Program-made: the position numbers and the translations under genes
Notes under the pieces: generated by a model
Told to the model about the DNA's origin: nothing
The model's input: only the letters and a program-made list of their open reading frames with translations
Databases searched by the model: none
Virus record (IMG/VR): IMGVR_UViG_3300028392_000060
Coordinates: 1 to 64,000 of that record
Strand: one strand, 5' to 3'
Length of the DNA stretch: 64,000 nt
Origin: a virus
In this document: positions 45,065-55,900 of the stretch, piece after piece
How positions within the stretch are numbered: position 1 is the first letter of the stretch
Layout of the letters: each line of letters starts with the position of its first letter

Positions 45065-45358
45065 ATGTCAGCAAGATATGAAATAGAAGAAGGAACAAAT
45101 GCAGTAATGGTATTTTATGGGGAGTCCCCGCAACCTTCTCTTTATCAACCAAATTGGCCAGGAGGGGATCCTTGGGCAGATATTGCAGAAGCAGAAACAT
45201 GGGCAAAACTTTATATTGCATCAGTTACAGATGAGTCTGCTCCATACGCACCAAATCATCCAGGGGAAGAAGGCGCACCAAAGCCAACTCCAGAAGAAAT
45301 TGCTGCAATGCAAGCCGAAATTGAAGCTCGTAAAAATCCTGCCCTTCCAAATGCTTAA
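45065..45358 (+). CDS. hypothetical protein (possible fibre chaperone)
   Basis: SD AAGGAG; QPNWPGGDPW...EAETWA. Confidence 0.65.
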   Translation: MSARYEIEEGTNAVMVFYGESPQPSLYQPNWPGGDPWADIAEAETWAKLYIASVTDESAPYAPNHPGEEGAPKPTPEEIAAMQAEIEARKNPALPNA

Positions 45359-45385
45359 ATAGTTTTAATTAAACAAAGGATTTAA

Positions 45386-46051
45386 ATGGAACACTATGAC
45401 GTGTTGATTGCAACACCTGGATCCGTGTTAGAAGCACAATATGTAAAAAGTTTAGTTTTAACATTAGCCGAATGTGATAAACGTGGCATTTCTTATAAAT
45501 GGCTTAATGCTTATTCTTCTTTAGTGCATCATGCACGGGAATTAACTGCATCGGGCGGTACTGGATTAGAATTAAATCCAGATCATAAAGGTCCTGTAGG
45601 AGATTCTGTAACATATAAAAAGATATTCTGGATAGATTCAGATATTGCATGGACACCAGAACAATTTTTTAAAATTTATGATTCTGAATATGATGTAATT
45701 GCAGGATGTTATTTGTTAGCAGATGGAATTACAACTACAATACATCCATGGGGTAATAATAATGGAATTCCCGTCAATGAAATTTTACAAATGAAAGAAC
45801 CTTTAAAAGTACAAAGTATAGGGTTTGGATTTGTTGCAATGAAATCAGGAGTATTTGAAAAATTACCAAGACCCTGGTTTAAACATTTTGATCAAGCAGT
45901 AATGACATCTATGGGAAATCAAATTGTAGATTCTATAGGTGAAGACATATCTTGGTGTATTAAAGCATATCAGGCAGGAATAAATATTTATTTTGATCCC
46001 GCCGTTCTAGTCAATCATATGAAGAAAATGGAAATTAAATGGCCGAAGTAA
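45386..46051 (+). CDS. GT-A (GT2-like) glycosyltransferase
   Basis: LIATP, FWIDSD (DxD), GFGFVAMK, GEDISWC, VNHMK. Confidence 0.82.
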   Translation: MEHYDVLIATPGSVLEAQYVKSLVLTLAECDKRGISYKWLNAYSSLVHHARELTASGGTGLELNPDHKGPVGDSVTYKKIFWIDSDIAWTPEQFFKIYDSEYDVIAGCYLLADGITTTIHPWGNNNGIPVNEILQMKEPLKVQSIGFGFVAMKSGVFEKLPRPWFKHFDQAVMTSMGNQIVDSIGEDISWCIKAYQAGINIYFDPAVLVNHMKKMEIKWPK

Positions 46052-46752
46052 AAAAGAAAAGTATTTATATAGCAACACCAATGTATAACTCTACATGTAG
46101 TGGGTATTATGCAAGAAGTCTAACAGATTTAGTAATCACATTATTACAAAATGGACATGAAGTACATTTTCAAGATGTATACAATTCCAGTTTAATAACA
46201 GAAGCTAGAAATTTTCTTACAGAAGATTTCCTTAGAAAAGGCTATGATTATATGTTATTTATAGATGCAGATCAAGGTTTTAATCCTATGGGTGTATTAA
46301 AAATGATTGAAGAAGATGAAGATGTTATTGCTGGTGTAGTCCCGCTTAAAATTATAAATTGGGATGGTGTACTACAAGCATCAAGGCAAGGTAAAATAGA
46401 TTTACAAAATTATACAACTGCACATAATGTTGTTCCTTTAAATGATTTACAAGCAGACAGAAACAAAAAAATTGAAGTAAAATCAGCGGGGACAGGATTA
46501 CTTCTTATAAGTCGTAAAGTATTTGAAATTTTAAAACCCCTAGTAAAAACATATAAATTTTCAGGTACACCTTGTTTAAATCTTAATCAAGGAGATTCTA
46601 TTTCTAATTTTTGGGATTTGTACATTGATGATGATGGAAATAAATTTGGAGAAGATGTTAATTTTTGTAAACTTTGGCGGGGAACTGGCGGAAAAGTTTA
46701 TACAACATTTTGGCCACAAGCTACACACATAGGAAATCACGTATATCGTTAA
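46039..46752 (+). CDS. GT-A (GT2-like) glycosyltransferase
   Basis: IATPMY, LFIDAD (DxD), GTGLLLI, GEDVNFC, HIG. Confidence 0.82.
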   Translation: MAEVKKKSIYIATPMYNSTCSGYYARSLTDLVITLLQNGHEVHFQDVYNSSLITEARNFLTEDFLRKGYDYMLFIDADQGFNPMGVLKMIEEDEDVIAGVVPLKIINWDGVLQASRQGKIDLQNYTTAHNVVPLNDLQADRNKKIEVKSAGTGLLLISRKVFEILKPLVKTYKFSGTPCLNLNQGDSISNFWDLYIDDDGNKFGEDVNFCKLWRGTGGKVYTTFWPQATHIGNHVYR

Positions 46753-46860
46753 TGAATTTAGTTCAAAGATCTGTTGAAAAAGGTGGAAAATTAGCCTATA
46801 TATCAGTAAAAATGGCATTGAATTGTTCACTTTTTAAGAATTAGATGGTATTATTGGCAT

Positions 46861-47199
46861 ATGAGCAAAATGAAAGTAACACCTATTGATGAGGTAAATT
46901 GGGGTCTATACGCCTGGATGATGCCAGATGAAACACTTGTTATGGATGAAGAAGGTGGATATTTAAGTATTCCTTCTATGAAAGGCGATATCCGTCAAAT
47001 AAAAAAACTTAAAGATGCAGCAAAGCACTACGGCTTAGAGGATGGTCATCCAGTATTTTTTGCGGGGCATAGACCAGTAGACAATGAAGAACTTGAAACG
47101 CAAAAACAAAGAATGGAATTGGGTCTTGTACCAGATGTTATGGACACTCCAGCAATGCTTGAATATTATAAAGAAATGAAAGAGATGAAAATTGGCTAA
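46861..47199 (+). CDS. conserved hypothetical protein preceding portal, leaderless
   Basis: TGG-TATTAT ends 6 nt before the ATG. Confidence 0.75.
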   Translation: MSKMKVTPIDEVNWGLYAWMMPDETLVMDEEGGYLSIPSMKGDIRQIKKLKDAAKHYGLEDGHPVFFAGHRPVDNEELETQKQRMELGLVPDVMDTPAMLEYYKEMKEMKIG

Positions 47200-48772
47200 T
47201 TTAACTATAGATGACAGTATTGACGATGATGAGAGTGGAATTACAGTTAAGTTAGATGCTCCATCTCATACAGTAGAGCATGATTTTAATGATCCATTTA
47301 ATGCTCCGTGGGAAGATATTAGAAAAGCAGAAGGTTTAAGTCCTAATTTTCGCAGACAAGCATCAAGACTTGAAAAGTCATTTGTGGGGCAGGGTGATGC
47401 AAAATCTAAAAAGCTTGATCCACTTGATTTAACAGGTTATTCTTTATTCCAAATTGTTCAACCACCATACAATGTTCTTTACTTAGCACAATTATATGAT
47501 GTGTCTCCATATCATCATTCTGCTGTTAATGCTAAAGCAGCAAATGTCGTGGGTTTAGGATATAAATTTGAAAATACATGGAGCACAACTTCTAAAATTG
47601 AAGAAGTTATGGATACTCCAAAAAAACTTGATAAGCTACGTTCAAAAATTGAGGGGTTAAAAGAACAGTTAAGAAACTATTTAGAATCACTTAATTCAGA
47701 TGATTCATTTACAGAAACAATGAAAAAGATTTTTATTGATTTAGAATCAACTGGTAATGCATACATGGAAGTTGGTCGGATGACAAATGGAAAGATTGGT
47801 TATATTGGCCATGTTCCTACAACCACTATGCGTATCCGCCGTCATCGTGATGGTTTTGTACAAGTTGTTTATAACCGCTATACATTTTTTAGAAACTTTG
47901 GAGATACTGAAACTCCAGATCAAATAGGTACAGATCCACAACCAAATGAAATAATTCATTTTAAAGTATTTACTCCTTCAAATACATATTATGGAGTGCC
48001 AGATGTTCTTTCTGCAAAAAATGCAGTTGCAGGAGATGAATTTGCACAGCGTTTTAACTTAGATTATTTTGAAAATAAAGCTGTTCCACGTTATATTATT
48101 ACAGTAAAGGGAGCAAAACTTACTGCTGATTCAGAGCGTAAATTGCTTGAATTTTTTCAAACAGGATTAAAGGGAAGAAATCATAGAACTCTTTATATTC
48201 CATTGCCTTCAGATGGAGAACAAGGTCGTGTTGAGTTTAATATGGAACCAATTGAAGCTGGTATTCAAGACTCATCATTTAGAAATTATGCTGTAGAAAA
48301 TAGAGATCGTATTCTTCTTTCTCATCGGGTTCCAGTATCAAAGCTGGGAATGCCAGCAAATGTATCATTGGCAAATGCTAAAGATGCAGATAAAACATTT
48401 AAAGAACAAGTTTGTCGTCCACGTCAAGAAGAACTTGAGTTTAAAATTAATTTGATTATTAGAGAATTTACAGATGCATTTGTTTTAAGATTTAATGAAC
48501 TTGCACTTACAGATGAAGAAACTCAATCACGAATTGATGATCGTTATCTTAAAGATCAAGTTATTACTCCTAACGAAGTTCGTCAACGTCGTGGAATGGC
48601 TCCCCTTGAAGGCGGAGATGCGGTTCTTGTTCTTAATCCAAAACAACTACAAGATGCAGCCTCTGATGCAAGTGGAAATAAAACTCGTGATCAAAATAGA
48701 ACTTTAAATGCTCCAGATAAGATGGGAACTGCCCGTAATGCTAAGGGCGAAGGACGGCAAGAAGGAAATTAA
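47192..48772 (+). CDS. portal protein
   Basis: PPYN, TGNAYMEV, EIIHFK, YYGVP, YFENKAVP, HRVP, TPNEVR..RG..P..GGD. Confidence 0.92.
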   Translation: MANLTIDDSIDDDESGITVKLDAPSHTVEHDFNDPFNAPWEDIRKAEGLSPNFRRQASRLEKSFVGQGDAKSKKLDPLDLTGYSLFQIVQPPYNVLYLAQLYDVSPYHHSAVNAKAANVVGLGYKFENTWSTTSKIEEVMDTPKKLDKLRSKIEGLKEQLRNYLESLNSDDSFTETMKKIFIDLESTGNAYMEVGRMTNGKIGYIGHVPTTTMRIRRHRDGFVQVVYNRYTFFRNFGDTETPDQIGTDPQPNEIIHFKVFTPSNTYYGVPDVLSAKNAVAGDEFAQRFNLDYFENKAVPRYIITVKGAKLTADSERKLLEFFQTGLKGRNHRTLYIPLPSDGEQGRVEFNMEPIEAGIQDSSFRNYAVENRDRILLSHRVPVSKLGMPANVSLANAKDADKTFKEQVCRPRQEELEFKINLIIREFTDAFVLRFNELALTDEETQSRIDDRYLKDQVITPNEVRQRRGMAPLEGGDAVLVLNPKQLQDAASDASGNKTRDQNRTLNAPDKMGTARNAKGEGRQEGN

Positions 48773-48774
48773 AA

Positions 48775-49641
48775 ATGGCAACAGGACTAGATGTTTTAAA
48801 TGTTGCCAGAACACAAATAGGCTTTGTTGAAGGCCCAAATAATGAAAGTCCTTATGGAACATGGTTTGGAATCCCAAATCAACCTTATTGCGCTATGGGA
48901 ATTAGTTGGTGTTTTGCACAAGTTGGTTTATCACATTTAGTTGCGGGACAAACAATAAAGGGATTTGCTTCTTGTCAAGTTGGGTTAAGTTGGTTTCAAC
49001 GTCAAGGTAAAGTTGTAAACAAATTTCAAGGACAACCAGGAGATATTGTATTTTTTTCATTTTCAAATAACGGTCAGGCAGACCACGTAGAACTTCTTGA
49101 AGCGGCTTCTCCAAATGGAATAACAACTATTGGATTTAATACAAGCCCAGATCATGTAGATGGAAGCCAAAGCAATGGCGGTGGCTGTTATAGAAGACAT
49201 AGGCCGTATTTAAATGTTATTGCAATAGTAAGACCAGCCTATCCAGTATTGCTTAAACCAACAATTGCAGTTTCTAAAACTAAAAAAGCAACTGCAGGTG
49301 TTGCAACAACTGGAGCTTTAGTTGCGGGAGCAACAGGAGCAGTAACAACTGGACCTACATCTAGTTCACCTACTCCCACCCCCAGCCCTACTGTATGGGC
49401 CGCACCACCGTTTCCAATAGATAAAACTTCTTTTATAATTGGTGCAAAAAGTGATGCAGTATTGGCAGTAGAAATGGCTTTAGCAAAATCGGGTTTATTG
49501 CCTACAGAATATGTTGATGCTTTAATGGATGCACACACTGTATCTGCTTTAAAGAAATATGAAATTAAAAACCCTAAACTTGGCATCAAAGATGGGTCTG
49601 TAAATCAAAAAGTTTATGATGCATTAAAGGCAACAATATGA
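48775..49641 (+). CDS. endolysin (CHAP domain plus peptidoglycan-binding domain)
   Basis: QPYCAMGISW, PGDIVFF, DHVEL; Pro/Thr linker; C-terminal PGBD-like helices. Confidence 0.8.
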   Translation: MATGLDVLNVARTQIGFVEGPNNESPYGTWFGIPNQPYCAMGISWCFAQVGLSHLVAGQTIKGFASCQVGLSWFQRQGKVVNKFQGQPGDIVFFSFSNNGQADHVELLEAASPNGITTIGFNTSPDHVDGSQSNGGGCYRRHRPYLNVIAIVRPAYPVLLKPTIAVSKTKKATAGVATTGALVAGATGAVTTGPTSSSPTPTPSPTVWAAPPFPIDKTSFIIGAKSDAVLAVEMALAKSGLLPTEYVDALMDAHTVSALKKYEIKNPKLGIKDGSVNQKVYDALKATI

Positions 49642-49988
49642 AGTTAAAACATCATTTTAAGTTTAATATATCAGATGCAAAACAGCTTGGAATCGCTCTT
49701 ATAAGCTCGTATGGAATGTGGGCAGCTACTGGGTTTCAAAAAAGCATTACAGGCTTAATGTATCCAATAATGGGGTTTGTTACTGGAGGTTTGGCTTCCC
49801 ACCATAGCACCTCTAGTCCAAATATTTTGCCAGAAAATCATATTGAAACCCCTTATGTAAACAATATAAATGATGGAAATAAAGGGTCTCCAATGACAAA
49901 TACAGAAATAAAAACATATGCTCCCGAAGTTGCGGATGTAAAAAAAGTCATTAAAATAAACAGCAATATTATAAAAAATATTAGTTAA
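49638..49988 (+). CDS. holin-like membrane protein
   Basis: Two short hydrophobic segments directly after the lysin. Confidence 0.45.
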   Translation: MKLKHHFKFNISDAKQLGIALISSYGMWAATGFQKSITGLMYPIMGFVTGGLASHHSTSSPNILPENHIETPYVNNINDGNKGSPMTNTEIKTYAPEVADVKKVIKINSNIIKNIS

Positions 49989-50030
49989 AATTATGAGTTA
50001 GTTATAAATCCTGCTATTATTTATTTACAT

Positions 50031-51467
50031 ATGGATATTCAAAAAACTTATTGGTCAAACAGCGAATCATCTATGGCTCTGGCTTTTCCTATTTCTAAGG
50101 TTAATAAGGAAAAGAGAACAGTCTCAGGTTTTGCATCCCTGGACAATTTAGATCGTCATGGAGATATTGTAACATCAGAAGCAAACAAAAAAGCTTTTGA
50201 AAGATTTAGAGGAAATATTCGTGAAATGCACGGACCAGTGGCAGTTGGTAAAATGCTTAATTTTAAAGAAGACAATTTTTTTGATCCAGAAACAAATAAA
50301 AAATATAATGGTATTTATGTAACTGCTTATATTTCAAAGGGCGCCCAAGATGCTTGGGAAAAAGTTCTTGATGGAACATATTCAGGATTTTCAATTGGTG
50401 GAAATATTGTTGATGCTAAAATGGAAAAATCTGATGATGGTTCAAATAAAGATCGCAGAGTAATTCATGATTATGATTTACATGAACTATCGCTAGTAGA
50501 TTCTCCAGCAAATCAACTTGCAAACTTTTTTTCTATTGAAAAAAATACAGATGGAAGTACTTTTGTAAAAGGTATGATTGCAGACGTTACATTAGAAAAT
50601 GTTTTTTGGTGTAAGCAAGATGAAATTGCTTCAACATCAAATGCAACAACAAAAGACTGCGTTGTATGCGATGCACAAATGATTAATATTGGTTGGGTAG
50701 AACAAGCAGATATTGAAAAGTTTGAAGCAATTGAAAAAGTAATTGATTCTTATTTTAAGAAAGATGATGCGCCAACATCAGCACATGAAGCAACAGAGAC
50801 AGCGTCTCCAGGTTTGGCGGGGAATGTAATTGATAGCAATGCTACAATTAATCTTTATCCCGATCAAAATAAAACAAAACAAAAAGTTACGTTTGATAAC
50901 GGACTTAAAAAGAGTGATGATATTTCACTCACAGAAGGAGGTAACAAAATGGCAGAAGATACAAATGCAGCAATTGAGAAGTCAATTGATGTAGAGACTC
51001 CAGCCGAAGAAGTTTCAATTGTTTCCGAAACTCCAGATGCTACACTTGAAAAAGCTGTAGAAATTTCAGAGGTTGAAGATACACTTGATTTAACAAAGAT
51101 GGTCACTGACCTCAAGACCTTCTTTGGTGAGTCTATTACAAAATCTAATGAGAACTATGCTACACACGCAGCAACAGTTCAAGATATGTACAACATTGTT
51201 AACGAAACTAGAGCTGAAATGGCTCGTTTGTCAAAGGGATATGAGGATATCTCAAAGTCAAATGAAGAAATCGTTGCAAAGTATGAAGCATTAAATAAGT
51301 CAGTAACTGATATGTTCGGAAAAATTGAGTATGTTGATCATGCTTTAAAGAACTTTGAAGCAGCTACTGCAGTACAGAAGTCCGTTGGGGTACAAGCTCC
51401 AATGGGTCAAACAAAACCAAAACAAAGTGTATGGCAAGGTGCTTTCCTCAGTGCTTCAAACATATAA
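50031..51467 (+). CDS. prohead protease fused to scaffold; internal scaffold start at 50949
   Basis: VSGFAS...DRHGD, REMH, GFSIGG, ELSLVDSPAN; internal SD GGAGGT plus in-frame ATG. Confidence 0.88.
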   Translation: MDIQKTYWSNSESSMALAFPISKVNKEKRTVSGFASLDNLDRHGDIVTSEANKKAFERFRGNIREMHGPVAVGKMLNFKEDNFFDPETNKKYNGIYVTAYISKGAQDAWEKVLDGTYSGFSIGGNIVDAKMEKSDDGSNKDRRVIHDYDLHELSLVDSPANQLANFFSIEKNTDGSTFVKGMIADVTLENVFWCKQDEIASTSNATTKDCVVCDAQMINIGWVEQADIEKFEAIEKVIDSYFKKDDAPTSAHEATETASPGLAGNVIDSNATINLYPDQNKTKQKVTFDNGLKKSDDISLTEGGNKMAEDTNAAIEKSIDVETPAEEVSIVSETPDATLEKAVEISEVEDTLDLTKMVTDLKTFFGESITKSNENYATHAATVQDMYNIVNETRAEMARLSKGYEDISKSNEEIVAKYEALNKSVTDMFGKIEYVDHALKNFEAATAVQKSVGVQAPMGQTKPKQSVWQGAFLSASNI

Positions 51468-51501
51468 AAAAATATAAAAAAACAAGGTGGTGAAATAATA
51501 A

Positions 51502-52650
51502 ATGAGTAATGAACTTCTACAAAAAGTCATTGATACAACAAATCTTGGTTCTTCAGCTGTTAACGCTTCTGGCGATTCATCTAACCTCTCTGGTAATGGT
51601 TTACTATATCCAGATCAGGCTAATCGTTTCCTAGATTACATGTGGGATGCTACGATTCTTGCTAAGGCAGCTCGTACAATCCGTATGCGTTCAAACACAA
51701 CCGAAATTGATCGTGTTGCAGTTGGACAACGTATCATGACAGTTGCACAGGAAGATAATCCACGTAATTTCGTGGCAAGTGGAGATAGCTATACAAATGC
51801 TAATTCTACAACTTTCTCTGCACAAAATGCAACATTCAACAAGGTTTCGCTTACTACTCGTAAGCTACGTCTTGACTGGGAACTTTCAGCAGAATCTCTA
51901 GAAGATAACGTTGAGGGTCCAGATCTTGAAGATCACATTGCACGTCTTATGGCTACCCAAGCTGGTAACGATATTGAGGATACCCTTATTAACGGTACTG
52001 GTTCTGGTAGTGGTTTGATGTCAGCATTTGCAGGCTTCCGTTCACTAGCATTAAGCAACGCACACGTTGTTGATGCTGCTGGATATGGACTTGACAAAAC
52101 AATTTTCAACCAAGCAATTAAGACTTTGCCTCGTAAGTACAAGCAACGTCGTAACCAACTACGTTTCTTCACAGGATCTAACTTGGTACAGGACTACTTG
52201 TTCAACTTGACAGCCAACGCTGGTAACGGAAACCCATTTGATATCGCTTCAGGTATCATTCGTGGTGATGTTGCTGCTAACGATGGTGGTCCAGGCACAG
52301 TAACTCCGTTTGCCTTTGGCATTCCAGTTATCAACGTTCCTTTGATTGATGAGACTCGTGCGGGAGATTATTCTTCTCCTTCAGGATCACACGGTGATGT
52401 CCACTTGACATTCCCACAAAACTTCATTATTGGTATCAAGCGTGATGTAACAGTCTATCGTTTGTTCCAGCCAAAGAAGGACACAATTGAATACACTCTA
52501 TTCATTCGTGTCGGTTGCGTAATGGAAAACTACGATGCACACGTTATCGTTAAAAACGTTAAGGTTGCAGGTTCAGTATCTAGCATTACATTTGGAACTC
52601 CATATAATGGTTCAAATGTAACTGGTGGAACTAACGGAAATACATACTAA
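51502..52650 (+). CDS. major capsid protein (HK97 fold)
   Basis: GLLYPDQANRF, LEDNVEG, NDIEDTLING; position after protease; strong codon bias. Confidence 0.92.
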   Translation: MSNELLQKVIDTTNLGSSAVNASGDSSNLSGNGLLYPDQANRFLDYMWDATILAKAARTIRMRSNTTEIDRVAVGQRIMTVAQEDNPRNFVASGDSYTNANSTTFSAQNATFNKVSLTTRKLRLDWELSAESLEDNVEGPDLEDHIARLMATQAGNDIEDTLINGTGSGSGLMSAFAGFRSLALSNAHVVDAAGYGLDKTIFNQAIKTLPRKYKQRRNQLRFFTGSNLVQDYLFNLTANAGNGNPFDIASGIIRGDVAANDGGPGTVTPFAFGIPVINVPLIDETRAGDYSSPSGSHGDVHLTFPQNFIIGIKRDVTVYRLFQPKKDTIEYTLFIRVGCVMENYDAHVIVKNVKVAGSVSSITFGTPYNGSNVTGGTNGNTY

Positions 52651-52668
52651 TTTTTAATTAGTTGCAAG

Positions 52669-52698
52669 CGTAAGGGAGATAGAAATATCTCCCTTACG
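52669..52698 (+). terminator. intrinsic terminator after capsid gene
   Basis: CGTAAGGGAGATA/TATCTCCCTTACG stem then ATTTT. Confidence 0.8.
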
Positions 52699-52737
52699 TA
52701 TTTTCTGATATAATAAACAATGACGAGAGGAAGTCAA

Positions 52738-53136
52738 ATGTCATTTACAGATCTAAAAATTACAGAATTAAGAAAAGTTGCAGATTCTTTTGCTATTGAT
52801 GCTAAAGAATTAAAAACAAAACAAGAAATTATTGCAATTCTTGAAGAAGAAGGAATTAGCTATCAAATGTATGCTAAGTTTAATAAAGCTGAAAAAGAAG
52901 AAATTAAAGTTCCTGAAAATGAAAAGAAAAAGAGAGAGCAAAAAATTATGAAAACAGCAAATCAGATTTTAGTAAGAATGGTTAGAGATAATCATTCATA
53001 TCAAACAGGTGGATATGAATTTACACAAGAACATCCATTTGTTGCCATGTCAGAAACAGATGCTCAAAGAATTTTTGATACTCAAGAGGGATTTCGCATA
53101 GCGACCCCTAGAGAAGCTCAAGAATACTACGCATAA
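52738..53136 (+). CDS. hypothetical protein with Rho-N/HeH-like N-terminus
   Basis: LKITELRKVA...TKQEII; SD GAGGA before 52738. Confidence 0.6.
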   Translation: MSFTDLKITELRKVADSFAIDAKELKTKQEIIAILEEEGISYQMYAKFNKAEKEEIKVPENEKKKREQKIMKTANQILVRMVRDNHSYQTGGYEFTQEHPFVAMSETDAQRIFDTQEGFRIATPREAQEYYA

Positions 53137-53159
53137 AAAATAAATAGGGGGTGTTGTAA

Positions 53160-54116
53160 TTGCAAACAATCAACACAAATAGTCAAGTAAAGATTTATCT
53201 GCGAGTATACAAAGATGGAGTTCTATCTCAAGTAGATTCTGCAACAAATCCTACTTTATCAATTTTTAATGCTGATAGCGATACAAATGCAATTACAAAT
53301 TTTTCATCTTTAAATTCTATTAATGAAGCCCCTTCAGGAGTATATTCTTATCTTTTAACCCCCGCTATAACTAATATAAACAGAATCTTAGAAGTAAGAT
53401 GGTCTTATATCATTGGCGGGGTTACAACAACTCAAACAGATTATTATCAAGTTGAAACTCCATATGCTACAATTTCAGAAGTTGTTGATTTTCTTCAATT
53501 TGGGTCAGATCCAGCAAGTTTAAATTATGTTGACTCAAACAGTATAATCAATGCAGAAAAAGTCGCCAGAACCATCGTAGAGGGCTATACAGGTATAAAA
53601 TTTTATACATACTATGGAAGTCAAGAAGCTCATGCAATTGGCGCTAATACAATTCAATTAACAGAAAAAATGTTAACAGTTGATAAAATGTATGAAAATC
53701 AAATTCTTGTATATGATGGAACGCAAAACCCTGTATACGATACATTTGGTTACAATACGGAAATCAGTCCTAGCGGATATCAATTAAGAATTTGGTACCC
53801 CGCCTTCCCTACTGGCTGGAATAATGAAATGGATCCTACTATTTATGAAGCGGGACGTTTTAGGGATAATTATCTTTATAAATTTGTAGGGCAAATTGGT
53901 TATAAGTATGTTCCAGAAGATATTAAATTGGCGACTATGCTTTTAATCAATGATGTTCTTTCAAATGATTACAATTGGAGGAATAAATATTTGTCAAAAG
54001 TTAACCTAAGCGAAATTTCATTTGAAATGGCTAAAGGTGCTTTTAATGGTACAGGAAATATTACAGTTGATAATATTCTTGATCAATATCGTAAAACAAA
54101 TATTGTTATCATTTAA
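53160..54116 (+). CDS. head-tail adaptor
   Basis: PYATISEV, ARTIVEGYTG, GYKYVPEDIKLA, VDNILDQYR. Confidence 0.75.
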   Translation: MQTINTNSQVKIYLRVYKDGVLSQVDSATNPTLSIFNADSDTNAITNFSSLNSINEAPSGVYSYLLTPAITNINRILEVRWSYIIGGVTTTQTDYYQVETPYATISEVVDFLQFGSDPASLNYVDSNSIINAEKVARTIVEGYTGIKFYTYYGSQEAHAIGANTIQLTEKMLTVDKMYENQILVYDGTQNPVYDTFGYNTEISPSGYQLRIWYPAFPTGWNNEMDPTIYEAGRFRDNYLYKFVGQIGYKYVPEDIKLATMLLINDVLSNDYNWRNKYLSKVNLSEISFEMAKGAFNGTGNITVDNILDQYRKTNIVII

Positions 54117-54574
54117 TGTTTAATAAAAATTATTCAAATTCATTTGTAGGGTCAGTTTTGAATATGTCTGCTGATATATATACACAACAAAATACACAAG
54201 ATCCAGATACGGGGGCTATAAAGCGTTCCTGGGTATATTCAAAAACTATACAATGTAAAATTTCTCCTGTTAAAATAAAAGGCGCCTCAACTAGAACCGA
54301 TAATAAAAGTTTTGGGAATACATCTGATTTAAATTATAATGAAAAAATACAACTAAAAATGTATTGTTTTGAATTATTAAGTAAGCGTTCACGCATTGAA
54401 AATATTCGTACAAGCAATAATGCTCCAATTTTTATTGAAATTGATAAAATAAATAATCCAGATACTAAGTTTGAAGTTACAGGCTCCCATGCTGTTATGG
54501 ACCCATTTGGAAAAATTGCTTATTACGAAACATCTCTTTTAAGAACCGAGTTACAAGATGACTCTCAAGCTTGA
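54116..54574 (+). CDS. head closure/stopper protein
   Basis: Size, synteny, QDPDTGAIKRSW. Confidence 0.6.
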   Translation: MFNKNYSNSFVGSVLNMSADIYTQQNTQDPDTGAIKRSWVYSKTIQCKISPVKIKGASTRTDNKSFGNTSDLNYNEKIQLKMYCFELLSKRSRIENIRTSNNAPIFIEIDKINNPDTKFEVTGSHAVMDPFGKIAYYETSLLRTELQDDSQA

Positions 54575-55277
54575 AATTGACACAAAACAATTAGTTAATG
54601 AACTTAGCGGTTTAGTTGTTGGGCTAGAAGAACTTACAAAGCCAACAGTATTATCTGAAATATCTAAAGCAGTATTTTCAATTACTGGAGAAAGATTTAT
54701 GTTGGCTGCCGATAATTATGCAAGATTAAATCCTAAAAAAATGCATCATGTTTATGAATGGGGCGGTATTGGTAGACCTACATCAAGACTTTTTGTTTTA
54801 GAAAGAAGTCAAATTATTTATGGAAATCTTATAATTTCTGCAAATTTTTTGCCATCTAGGATACCAGTTCCAATTAACCCTGAGTTGTTACAACCTGGCA
54901 GAACTGGGAAAATTGTATCTAGAAAAAATATATTTAGAAATAAAGCAGAAATTATGGAAAGAGGAACTCCTGTTTCTTTTTCTGCAAAAAGAGTATTAGC
55001 TTTTATGGGAAATGATGGAATAGCTTTTATATCACCAGGAACACAAGTTAACATTTTACATCCAGGTGGCATAAATACAACAAATTCATTTACAAAATAT
55101 TTAGTTGAATGGTATACTAAAAAGGGTAATGTTATAATGGAATCTTCTGGATTTTATGAAAAATTATCTAATAACGTAGCTTTAGCATTAAGTTCTAATA
55201 AACCTAATATTTCTACAGTACGTGCAGCAGTTACAAAAATTGTAAATCAAATTGATTTGGGAGTAATTATAAAATGA
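54558..55277 (+). CDS. neck/tail completion protein
   Basis: Synteny; HHVYEWG. Confidence 0.55.
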   Translation: MTLKLEIDTKQLVNELSGLVVGLEELTKPTVLSEISKAVFSITGERFMLAADNYARLNPKKMHHVYEWGGIGRPTSRLFVLERSQIIYGNLIISANFLPSRIPVPINPELLQPGRTGKIVSRKNIFRNKAEIMERGTPVSFSAKRVLAFMGNDGIAFISPGTQVNILHPGGINTTNSFTKYLVEWYTKKGNVIMESSGFYEKLSNNVALALSSNKPNISTVRAAVTKIVNQIDLGVIIK

Positions 55278-55801
55278 CAACAGATTATTCAAGAGTTGCG
55301 GTATTTGATGTAAGAAATGCTATGTGGGCATCTCTTCAAAGTGCGGGAATTTTAAATAGCAATGACTATATTGCAGAAGGCTTTACAACACCATTAATTC
55401 CAATTATTCCATCTCAACAAGTTCCAGAATTTAATAATTTATTACCAGGTAAAACATATATGACATACGATATAGTCCAAAAAAATTATGGCAGTCAATG
55501 GTGGATTTCAGAAGAAACCATGGTTATGCAAATAATTTCAAGAAGTAATTCTCAAATTCTTACAATAATTAATTTTCTTACAGACCTAGTTAGAAGATAT
55601 GAGCTTTCAGCAATTGATGTAAATTCTGCAGCTAGTTCTTCAGCAAGTCCATTTAAATTTCTTTATTTTAGGCTAGAATCAGCAAATCCCGTTCAACCTT
55701 TTATAGATGAAGGTGGATTTATGAGCGGGGACTTCGCATTTGTTTATACATATACCCGTCAAGTAGATGAAGGAATATCAAATACTGGTAAATATATCTA
55801 A
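55274..55801 (+). CDS. tail terminator
   Basis: Synteny directly upstream of the major tail gene. Confidence 0.55.
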   Translation: MTTDYSRVAVFDVRNAMWASLQSAGILNSNDYIAEGFTTPLIPIIPSQQVPEFNNLLPGKTYMTYDIVQKNYGSQWWISEETMVMQIISRSNSQILTIINFLTDLVRRYELSAIDVNSAASSSASPFKFLYFRLESANPVQPFIDEGGFMSGDFAFVYTYTRQVDEGISNTGKYI

Positions 55802-55900
55802 ATTTGACTTATTAGGTTTTAATGATATGATTTTACATGAGGAAGCAAGTTGTCATCTTCTTTTGTTTTAATAAAATAAATAAGGTGGTGAAATAAATAA

